In this document: positions 35,620 through 43,154 of the stretch, piece by piece
Layout of the letters: the number at the start of each line of letters is the position of its first letter
How positions within the stretch are numbered: the first letter of the stretch is position 1
Source of the DNA: Hydrurus foetidus
Taxonomy: Eukaryota
NCBI GenBank assembly: GCA_900617105.1
Contig: UYFQ01000032.1
Coordinates: forward strand, 806,001 to 850,941
DNA: 44,941 bases
Direction: 5' to 3'
Made by a program: the position numbers and the translations under genes
The notes under the pieces: generated by a model
Databases searched by the model: none
What the model saw: only the letters and a program-made list of their open reading frames with translations
What the model was told of the DNA's origin: nothing

Positions 35620-36642
35620 TCATGGGTTGGCCTTGCGCCAGCGCAGCAGCTCATCGGCCACCAGCTCCAAGCCTGGCAAGGCCAGCACCCCGAGCACCGG
35701 ACGGCGAACCAAGGCTTGGCATTGTCCGCAGACCCAAATTTCGATGGCAGGTGGTAAAGCCATGCGCAGTTGCTCCAGCCCCCCGGTGATGTCACTGGGG
35801 TTGGAACTCTCACTGAAGCTCAAGCACACGATATGGGCATGGTGTACTGACATCGCCTGCACGATATCGTAGATTGGCGTTTGCACGCCCAGGGAAACAC
35901 ATTGCGCCCCCTCCAAGACCAGCATGGACTCGGCCATCAACAAGCCCAGACCGCTGTATTCCTGAGGAAAAGTAGTCAACAGCACGCAGGGCTTGGAATG
36001 CAAGGGGGGCGCAGGCATGCTGACAATGGCGCTGTACAACACTCGCCGGGCACTCTCAGAAAAAGCACGCTGCGCATAGACCGGCAACTGCCCCCCCACA
36101 CCAGCATCGCGCACCATCAGGCTCAAGGGCGCCACGCGATCGGTGACAAAGTGGGCTAATCCGAGTTGCAGTTGGCTTTGGGCCAGTTGGCGACGCAGCA
36201 TTTCCACATCGTTGCTTTGGATGAGTGTGAGGTAAGCCTTAAGGTTGACGCGCTTTTCAGCGGAATAGGCACGACGCCCAGGGGTTCGGCGGCGCAAATC
36301 ACGGGGTTCACCCATGCGGGCCAGCTCTTCGGCATCCAGGTTGACCAACTTGCCAGGGCGGTGCCCCGCGTCCAGCAAGCGCTTGATAAGGCGAAGCTTT
36401 TCCAACTGCACTCGCGGATAGCTGCGCTCGCCGTACAAATCACGCCCCGGCTTGGGAAAGCCGTAGCGACGCTCCCAGACCCGCAAAGTATCTTTAGGGA
36501 TACCGGTATCGCGCTCCACAGCGGCAATGGACAGCAAGGCATCCATGTCCAGTGCGACGCTGCGTTTGTTATTTTCAGATTCATTCACCAAATCTGTAAC
36601 GGAGGTGAAATTCACTGGAATAGCGCTGTTTTGAGTGTTCAT
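35620..36642 (-). CDS. MerR-family CarH/LitR-like regulator with degenerate cobalamin-binding domain
   Basis: SIAAVERDTGI.KDTLRVWERRYGFPKP (CarH/LitR HTH), followed by a helical cap and a Rossmann-like domain (LLTTFPQE...LGLLM...CVSLGVQTP...CLSFS). Confidence 0.85.
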   Translation of the reverse strand: MNTQNSAIPVNFTSVTDLVNESENNKRSVALDMDALLSIAAVERDTGIPKDTLRVWERRYGFPKPGRDLYGERSYPRVQLEKLRLIKRLLDAGHRPGKLVNLDAEELARMGEPRDLRRRTPGRRAYSAEKRVNLKAYLTLIQSNDVEMLRRQLAQSQLQLGLAHFVTDRVAPLSLMVRDAGVGGQLPVYAQRAFSESARRVLYSAIVSMPAPPLHSKPCVLLTTFPQEYSGLGLLMAESMLVLEGAQCVSLGVQTPIYDIVQAMSVHHAHIVCLSFSESSNPSDITGGLEQLRMALPPAIEIWVCGQCQALVRRPVLGVLALPGLELVADELLRWRKANP

Positions 36643-37130
36643 GGTTATTCCCTTGTGTTTTATTGACTTATGGTGCGATCACGGCCTAAAGCTCTTTGAA
36701 CGCAATCCTAATAATTCTCACCAGCGGCAATTTAAACCTGCCGCATCTCTAAAGTTACATTTTCTAACGAGGAGAGCCCTTAGCGTGCGCCCCCCTCTGC
36801 TTTACCAACAATATACGTACGGCTATTCCGCAGCGAAACCACGTTCTCGCCTACATACATGCAGTCTTTGTGCGGGGTAGATCGAAGAGCTTTCAAAGCT
36901 GTTGCGTGAAATTTGAAAAAAGAATACCATTCAGTAACAATACGACTGACAAGTTTCATATGTTTCCGACTTGATTTTTCCTGTGCCCTCACGGGGGCAA
37001 AAACCCTGCAACTTCAAAGCCTAAATCAAATGCAGATAATTCAGCTCATCGCCACCATGTTTCGCTTGCGATTCCAGGTGGCACAGATTTGGCGACAGCT
37101 TGCAAACAAGGCAAGCGGCCAGCACTTCTT

Positions 37131-37232
37131 GCTGCGAAGCCTTCTGGAACCTGGTGTTTCAGTTGCAATCCTGGGGCGGTTCTCCTCCTCCCTCCCTCTC
37201 AAGTTCGTCCCAGGGCGCTTCGCGGCTTTTTT
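37131..37232 (+). ncRNA. Candidate structured sRNA or 5' leader with a CU-rich (anti-SD) loop and U-tail
   Basis: Three nested stems: 37131-37140/37217-37226, 37144-37150/37156-37162 and 37170-37178/37206-37214. The last encloses UCUCCUCCUCCCUCCCUCUC. T6 follows at 37227-37232. Confidence 0.5.
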
Positions 37233-37274
37233 ATTCCCGGTCAGCACAGACCGTGAAACTGCTCAGGTGAGCCG

Positions 37275-38603
37275 ATGACTGCCCCACTCAAGGTGGCCAT
37301 CATCGGCTCGGGCATCTCGGGGCTTGCGGTGGCGCACACACTGCAAGGCCTAGCTGATGTCAGCCTGTTCGAATCGGGCCGCTATTTCGGCGGCCACACC
37401 CACACGGTAGACCTCACACTCCCGGGCCCGCAGGGTGTGCCCGTCACCCACGGTGTCGATACGGGGTTTCTGGTGTTCAACGAACGCACCTACCCCAACC
37501 TCATCAACCTGTTTTCCGAGTTGGGTGTGCAAACATCACTCTCGGAAATGTCGTTTTCGGTGCAAGTGCCGGGTGCTGCGGGTAAAAACAAAGACGAAAC
37601 CCTGGAATGGAGCGGCAACAGCTTAAACACCGTCTTCGCCCAGCGTGCCAACCTGCTGAACGGCCCGTTCTGGCGCATGTTGGCAGATTTAATTCGCTTC
37701 AACGCCTTGGTGACGCGCCTTGCACGACTCAACCGTGACAGTCAACGTGACGGAGCCCTGATGCAGCCCTTGGGCGAATTTTTGCAAGCCCACAACTTCA
37801 GCAACCCCTTTCGTGACTGGTACTTGTTGCCCATGCTGGGCTGCATCTGGAGCTGCCCCACCGACCAGATGCTGCACTTCCCCGTGGCGACGATGGTGCG
37901 GTTTTGCCACAACCACGGTCTGCTGCAAATCACCGGTCGCCCACAATGGTTCACAGTCACCGGCGGAGCACGGCATTACGTGGACAAGATTGTCGCCAAC
38001 ATCACCGACAAACGGCTGAACACCCCCGTGCAGTTGATCGAGCGTGATGCCACCGGCGTGCGCATCGTCACCCAGGGCCGTGTTGAGCGTTTCGATAAAG
38101 TGGTGATCGCCACCCACGCCCCCCAAGCCCTGGCCCTGTTGCGCGAACCCAGCCCCTTGGAACACGCCACACTGGGGGCCATGCGCACCCAAAGCAACCG
38201 TGCCGTGCTCCACACCGATGCCTCGGTACTGCCCCAACGCCAGTCCGCCTGGGCCGCATGGAACTACGCCCGAGCTGCGTCTGGTACCAAAGAATCGTCT
38301 CAGGTTTGCCTGCACTACCTCCTTAACCGCCTGCAACCCCTGCCCTTCACGCAGCCGGTGATGGTGTCGCTCAACCCGGTGCAACCGATTGACCCACGCC
38401 ACATCCACGGTGAATTCGACTACGCCCACCCCGTGTTCGACATGGCCGCGCTGCGTGCCCAAGCCGATATGCCCGCGCTGCAAGGCCAGGGCCACACCTA
38501 CTTTGCCGGGGCGTGGATGGGCTATGGCTTCCATGAAGACGGCTTGAAAGCAGGCTTGGGCGTGGCCCGCACGCTGCTGAAAAGTTGCCATCCCCAAGGC
38601 TGA
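37275..38603 (+). CDS. FAD/NAD-binding oxidoreductase (UfaD/RSP_1091-like fatty-acid desaturase candidate)
   Basis: VAIIGSGISGL; GGHTHT; VDTGFLVFNERTYPNL; F..NHGLLQ...RPQW; Y.HP; GYGFHEDG. Followed by DUF1365 and cfa-like genes. Confidence 0.85.
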   Translation: MTAPLKVAIIGSGISGLAVAHTLQGLADVSLFESGRYFGGHTHTVDLTLPGPQGVPVTHGVDTGFLVFNERTYPNLINLFSELGVQTSLSEMSFSVQVPGAAGKNKDETLEWSGNSLNTVFAQRANLLNGPFWRMLADLIRFNALVTRLARLNRDSQRDGALMQPLGEFLQAHNFSNPFRDWYLLPMLGCIWSCPTDQMLHFPVATMVRFCHNHGLLQITGRPQWFTVTGGARHYVDKIVANITDKRLNTPVQLIERDATGVRIVTQGRVERFDKVVIATHAPQALALLREPSPLEHATLGAMRTQSNRAVLHTDASVLPQRQSAWAAWNYARAASGTKESSQVCLHYLLNRLQPLPFTQPVMVSLNPVQPIDPRHIHGEFDYAHPVFDMAALRAQADMPALQGQGHTYFAGAWMGYGFHEDGLKAGLGVARTLLKSCHPQG

Positions 38604-38607
38604 AGTG

Positions 38608-39462
38608 ATGACGGCAACAATGGCTCCAACGGTGGCAAATGCCAACTCAACGCCGGTGCAACCCCTGATCGGTTTTGGCCAAGTCCGCCACACCCGTTTG
38701 AAGCCCCAGCGCCATGCCTTCGCTTACCCCACGTACTTTGTGATGTTGCCGATGCGGTACTTAAATGCATCGAGAAACATTAAAATCAATAGCACCTCTA
38801 GCACACCAGAACTGCCACAGAGCGGTATTTCATTCAACACATGGTCACCCTTGAGCTTCTACGACTGCGACCACGGCGATGGGCGCACGCCCGCGCAAGG
38901 CGGCGCACTCGCGTGGCTGGATGCTCTGTTGCACGCCGAGCGCATCACCGACGCTACCGGCGAAGTCTGGCTGCACTGCTACCCCCGAGTGCTGGGCTAC
39001 ACCTTCAAACCCGTCAGCTTTTGGTACTGCCACCGCAGCGACGGCACGCTGCGGGCCATCGTGGTCGAAGTCAACAACACCTTTGGCGAACGCCACTGCT
39101 ACTTGCTTGACCAGCCCCGCTACGGCGTGGAGCAACGCGCGACCAAGGTCTTCCACGTCTCGCCGTTTTGCGAGGTCACGGGGGAATACCGCTTTCGCTT
39201 CATGCGCACTGAAAAACAGGGCGATGCCCTGACCGTGGTACGTATTGACTACGACGATGACTGTGGCCCGCTGCTGCAAACCAGCGTCAGCGGCCAGCTC
39301 GTCCCCGCCACACCCGCCGCCGTGCGCCGCGCCCTGTGGCGCTACCCGGCGATGACGTTCGGGCTGATCGCCCGCATCCACTGGCAAGCCGTACGGCTGT
39401 GGTTAAAGCGGGTGAAGTTCATCGGTAAACCCGTGCCGCCCGAAAAGTTTGTCACACGCTGA
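38608..39462 (+). CDS. DUF1365 protein (UfaO/RSP_1090-like)
   Basis: V.H.R..P..HAF.Y; PRVLGY.FKPVSFWYC; EVNNTFGERH.Y; K.FHVSPF; RIHWQA..LW.K. Confidence 0.88.
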   Translation: MTATMAPTVANANSTPVQPLIGFGQVRHTRLKPQRHAFAYPTYFVMLPMRYLNASRNIKINSTSSTPELPQSGISFNTWSPLSFYDCDHGDGRTPAQGGALAWLDALLHAERITDATGEVWLHCYPRVLGYTFKPVSFWYCHRSDGTLRAIVVEVNNTFGERHCYLLDQPRYGVEQRATKVFHVSPFCEVTGEYRFRFMRTEKQGDALTVVRIDYDDDCGPLLQTSVSGQLVPATPAAVRRALWRYPAMTFGLIARIHWQAVRLWLKRVKFIGKPVPPEKFVTR

Positions 39463-39468
39463 AGAAGC

Positions 39469-39494
39469 GCATCCAACACCTGCTTTGCCCCGTA
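39469..39494 (+). promoter_or_regulatory. Putative RpoE/ChrR (ECF11)-type promoter upstream of the cfa-like gene
   Basis: GCATCC-N16-CGTA in a 41-bp intergenic gap, compared with the R. sphaeroides sigmaE consensus TGATCC-N16-CGTA. Confidence 0.5.
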
Positions 39495-39503
39495 TTCAAG
39501 CCT

Positions 39504-40754
39504 ATGAACACATCCACCGCCAGCCCTGCCCGCTTCGCCCCGACCGCTTTGTCCCTGCCCCCTGGCACCCCCGCCTCGGCCCGCACCGCACTCAAGCTGC
39601 TGCAACGCCTACGCCACGGCTCGCTTAACGTCCAATTGCCCGATGGAAGCCACCACCACTTCGGCCACAGCGACCCCACAGGTGCCGTCCACACCGCCGC
39701 CATCACCATGAAGAACTGGAACGTCTGCAAAGCCGCGCTCAGCTCAGGTGACATCGGTTTCGCCGAAAGCTACATCGCTGGCGACTGGACGACCCCCAGC
39801 CTCGCCGATTTGATGAAGGTCTTCATCAGCAACCGCCAAGAAGTAGAAGACGTGATCTACGGCAGCTGGCTGGGACGGCTGATTTACCGAATCCAGCACC
39901 TGTTCAACCGCAACACCAAAGCCAACAGCCAAAAGAACATCCACGCCCACTACGACCTGGGCAACGCTTTTTACACGCTGTGGCTGGACGACACGATGAA
40001 CTACTCGTCCGCCTGGTTCGACGGCGACCACAGCCAACCAATGGTGGACGCGCAAAACGCCAAAGTGCGCCGCGCCCTGCGCATGGCCCACGTCCAACCG
40101 GGCGACCGCGTGCTGGAAATCGGCTGCGGCTGGGGTGCCCTGGCCGACATGGCCACCACCGAATTCCAAGCCACGCTGACGGGCGTCACCCTCAGCACCG
40201 AGCAACTGGCGTTTGCCAAAGCGCGCATGGCCAGCCTGGGCCAAAGCCACAGCGCCGATCTGCGTTTGCAGGATTACCGCGACATCAACGACGGCCCTTA
40301 CGACGCGATTTGTTCGATAGAGATGGTCGAAGCCGTGGGCCGCGAATACTGGCCCACCTACTTTGCCAGCATCGCCCGCCTGCTCAAACCCGGTGGCCGC
40401 GCCTGCGTGCAGAGCATCGTGATTGAAGACGGCCTGTTCGAGCGCTACATCGAATCCACCGATTTCATCCAGCAGTACATCTTCCCCGGCGGCTGCCTGC
40501 CCTGCCCGCGTGAATTCAAGCGCGAAGCCGAAAAAGCAGGCCTGCAAGTCATCGACAGCTTCGCCTTCGGCCCCGATTACGCCGAAACACTGCGGCGCTG
40601 GCGGCATCAATTTTTGGCTGAAAGAGCCCGTGTGCTAACGCTTGGTTTTGACGAAAGGTTTATCCGACTATGGGAGTTCTACCTCGCCTACTGCGAAGCT
40701 GCTTTCGACAAAGCCAATATCGACGTGGTGCAGTACACGCTTCAAAAAGCATAG
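39504..40754 (+). CDS. cfa: Cyclopropane-fatty-acid synthase family SAM methyltransferase (UfaM/CfaS-like)
   Basis: GDIGFAESYIAGDW; NIHAHYDLGN.FY.LWLD.TMNYS; VLEIGCGWG; SIEMVEAVG; FIQQYIFPGG; WEFYLAYCEAAF. Confidence 0.92.
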   Translation: MNTSTASPARFAPTALSLPPGTPASARTALKLLQRLRHGSLNVQLPDGSHHHFGHSDPTGAVHTAAITMKNWNVCKAALSSGDIGFAESYIAGDWTTPSLADLMKVFISNRQEVEDVIYGSWLGRLIYRIQHLFNRNTKANSQKNIHAHYDLGNAFYTLWLDDTMNYSSAWFDGDHSQPMVDAQNAKVRRALRMAHVQPGDRVLEIGCGWGALADMATTEFQATLTGVTLSTEQLAFAKARMASLGQSHSADLRLQDYRDINDGPYDAICSIEMVEAVGREYWPTYFASIARLLKPGGRACVQSIVIEDGLFERYIESTDFIQQYIFPGGCLPCPREFKREAEKAGLQVIDSFAFGPDYAETLRRWRHQFLAERARVLTLGFDERFIRLWEFYLAYCEAAFDKANIDVVQYTLQKA

Positions 40755-40791
40755 CTGCCTGCGCATTATTGATATGCTGCACAGCCATTTT
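40739..40791 (+). repeat. Dispersed GCT-N10-YAGCW element, copy at the cfa / chalcone-isomerase junction
   Basis: GCTTCAAAAAGCATAGCTGCCTGCGCATTATTGATATGCTGCACAGCCATT; supplies the cfa TAG stop. Confidence 0.6.
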
Positions 40792-41275
40792 TATCACCCA
40801 AAATAGCAACGCACAGCCTGTGGAATTGCCCAGCGCCAAACTGGTGGGCACGTCCAAGCTGAGCATGTTTGGTTTTGACATTTACAGCGCCAAATTGTGG
40901 GTTGCGCCCGGCTTCAAGCGCGATGATTACGCCCCCACCCCGGCTGCGCTGGAGCTGACTTACCTGCGCAACTTCAAAGGCGCGTCAATCGCTGAGAGAT
41001 CGCTTAAAGAGATGCGCCGCGTCGAGCCGCTGGGTGAACCGCAGGCCAAACAATGGCTGGCTGACATGACGGCGGCCTTCCCCGATGTGAAGGCTGGCGA
41101 CAGGTTGACGGGGATTTACACCCCCGGCGCGGGCCTCAAGCTGCTGTTCAACGACAAACCCCAGTCCGAGCTGAAAGACCCGGTACTCGCCCGCGTCTTC
41201 ATGGGCATCTGGTTGTCGCCCAAAACCTCGGAACCCGCGATGCGGGATGCCCTCTTGGTGGATGCCGCACCTTGA
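40769..41275 (+). CDS. Chalcone-isomerase-like (probable lipid-binding) exported protein
   Basis: FGFDIYSAKLW; LELTYLR; FPDVKAGDRLTG; F.GIWLSPKTSEPAMR..L. Start uncertain (TTG 40769; ORF open from 40670). Confidence 0.8.
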   Translation: MICCTAIFITQNSNAQPVELPSAKLVGTSKLSMFGFDIYSAKLWVAPGFKRDDYAPTPAALELTYLRNFKGASIAERSLKEMRRVEPLGEPQAKQWLADMTAAFPDVKAGDRLTGIYTPGAGLKLLFNDKPQSELKDPVLARVFMGIWLSPKTSEPAMRDALLVDAAP

Positions 41276-42600
41276 ACACAGCTTACACACCCACCTCGCG
41301 CCACATGCTGCGTAACGGTGCCCTATACGGTGCGATGGGCCTGCCGCTGGCCTTCGTCGCGCTGCCGCTGTACATCCTCTTGCCCAACCACTACGCCCGC
41401 GAATTCGGCGTACCGCTGGCGACCTTGGGCTGGTTGCTGCTGGGCGTGCGCGGGTTTGACGCGGTGATCGACCCGCTGCTGGGCCGGTGGTGTGACCGGC
41501 TGTACGCCCAATCCACCCGTGCGGTGCTGGCGTGGGGGGCGGGCGCGGCGGTTGTGCTGGGTATGGGCTTTGCTGCGCTGTTTTTTCCGCTGGTCAGCCT
41601 GGCCCCCATAGATCACAGTGCCTTGCTGGTGTGGGCCGCATGCGCTTTGCTGCTGACCTATACGACTTACAGCTTTTTGAGCATCAGCCACCAGTCCTGG
41701 GCGGCGCGCTTGGGGGGTGACGAGGTGCAACGCAGCCGCACTGTGGCTTGGCGTGAAACGCTGGGTTTGGCGGGGGTAATTTTGGCATCAATTGTGCCGG
41801 TGGTGCTGGGTATGCATGCGATGACAGCTCTGTTTTTTGTAGCACTTGGGGTGGGGTGGGTAGCTTGGGCGGGGAGCCCTCACCCCAGCCCTCTCCCAGG
41901 GAGAGAGGGCGTTCATACAAGTAAGGCAGCGGCCACGACATCGCCCGCCGCAACAGATGTATCGCCTTTTTGGCACCCTTTGTGCCGGGCTGAATTCAGG
42001 CATTTGCTGCTTGTTTTCATGTTCAACGGCATTGCCAGCGCCGTGCCAGCCACGCTGGTGCTGTTCTTCGTGCAAGACCGCCTGCTTGCCCCTGTCGCGC
42101 TGCAACCGGCGTTTTTGGGCAGTTACTTTGTCTGTGCAGCGCTGTCAATGCCGCTGTGGCTGTGGGCAGTCAAACGCATCGGTCTGGCACGCTGTTGGCT
42201 GGCGGGGATGGTGATGGCGATGGGGGTGTTCATGGGGGCTTGGCCTTTGGGCGCGGGCGACACCACGCAATTTCTCATCGTTTGTGCACTCTCTGGCATG
42301 GCGTTGGGCAGTGATTTGGCCTTGCCAAGTGCCCTGCTGGCCGGGGTGGTACAGCGTGCGGGTGACAGCGGCCACGCCGAGGGCAGCTACTTTGGCTGGT
42401 GGAATGGCGCAACCAAATTGAATTTGGCGCTCGCCGCCGGGCTGACACTGCCGCTGCTGGGGCAGTTCGGTTACGCCCCCGGTGTGCGTGACCCCCAAGC
42501 CCTGGCCGCCCTCAGCACCGCCTACTGTCTGCTGCCCGTGGCCCTCAAGCTGATCGCCGCCGCCCTGCTCTACACCCTCATCCTAAGAAAGTCCCCATGA
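41272..42600 (+). CDS. MFS transporter (GPH/MelB-like, RSP_1089-like)
   Basis: YG..GLPLAFVALPLY; R.FDA.IDPLLG...D; many TM segments; G.YFGWW....KL.LALA. Confidence 0.85.
   Translation: MNTAYTPTSRHMLRNGALYGAMGLPLAFVALPLYILLPNHYAREFGVPLATLGWLLLGVRGFDAVIDPLLGRWCDRLYAQSTRAVLAWGAGAAVVLGMGFAALFFPLVSLAPIDHSALLVWAACALLLTYTTYSFLSISHQSWAARLGGDEVQRSRTVAWRETLGLAGVILASIVPVVLGMHAMTALFFVALGVGWVAWAGSPHPSPLPGREGVHTSKAAATTSPAATDVSPFWHPLCRAEFRHLLLVFMFNGIASAVPATLVLFFVQDRLLAPVALQPAFLGSYFVCAALSMPLWLWAVKRIGLARCWLAGMVMAMGVFMGAWPLGAGDTTQFLIVCALSGMALGSDLALPSALLAGVVQRAGDSGHAEGSYFGWWNGATKLNLALAAGLTLPLLGQFGYAPGVRDPQALAALSTAYCLLPVALKLIAAALLYTLILRKSP
41877..41909. repeat. REP-like hairpin embedded in-frame in the MFS central loop
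   Basis: CCCTCACCCCAGCCCTCTCCCAGGGAGAGAGGG with stem CCCTCTC/GAGAGGG; encodes PHPSPLPGREG. Confidence 0.6.
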
Positions 42601-43142
42601 AAAGACGCCTGCTTTTAACCTCTGCCACGGCCCTGAGCGCCGCTTGCGGCCTAACGATCAGCGGTTGCGCCAGCCACAAAATCGAAAACTACGCCAACGA
42701 CAAACCACTGTTCGACTTGCCTGGTTACTTCAACGGCGTGCTCGATGCTTATGGGGTCTTCACCGACCGCTCCGGCCAAGTCGTCAAACGCTTCACCGTG
42801 GTGATGACGTGCAGCTGGCAAGGGGACGCAGGTGTGCTGGACGAGGCCTTCAGCTATTCGGACGGCACCACCCAACAGCGCATTTGGCGGCTCCAAAAAC
42901 GGCCGAACGGCCAGTTCACAGGCCGCGCTGACGACGTGGTGGGTGAGGCGCTGGGCGAAACACAGGGCAACGCCTTCCATTGGGCCTACACGCTGAGCCT
43001 ACCGGTGGATGGCAGCGTCTACGAGGTGCAGTTCGACGACTGGATGTACCGCATGAGCGACAAAGTGGTGTTGAACAAAGCCACGATGAGCAAGTTCGGC
43101 GTACGCTTAGGCGAAGTCACGCTGTCGTTCACCAAACGCTGA
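42597..43142 (+). CDS. DUF3833 family lipoprotein (RSP_1088-like)
   Basis: Lipobox-like ISGC; YFNG...AYGVF.DRSG.V.KRF.V; LDE.F.YSDG....R.W; FDDWMY; KFGV.LGEV. Confidence 0.85.
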   Translation: MKRRLLLTSATALSAACGLTISGCASHKIENYANDKPLFDLPGYFNGVLDAYGVFTDRSGQVVKRFTVVMTCSWQGDAGVLDEAFSYSDGTTQQRIWRLQKRPNGQFTGRADDVVGEALGETQGNAFHWAYTLSLPVDGSVYEVQFDDWMYRMSDKVVLNKATMSKFGVRLGEVTLSFTKR

Positions 43143-43154
43143 GCCAGTCACCCT

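Noticed and set aside
36643..37274. Cobalamin riboswitch next to the B12-domain regulator
   Set aside because: I could not find the GGGAA / GCCACTG / B12-box elements by eye on either strand. An Rfam scan would settle it.
4491..40610. Long antisense or alternate-frame ORFs (e.g. 4491-5387, 7979-8905, 14709-15764, 21321-22265, 32528-33355, 37689-38693, 39744-40610)
   Set aside because: Shadow ORFs of well-supported genes in GC-rich DNA, with no motifs and His/Gln/Arg-rich mirror composition.
40755..40800. Frameshift or pseudogene at the 5' end of the chalcone-isomerase-like gene (out-of-frame ATG at 40774)
   Set aside because: The frame is open, an in-frame TTG (40769) exists, and the odd sequence is explained by the dispersed repeat copy. 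Not enough evidence for inactivation.
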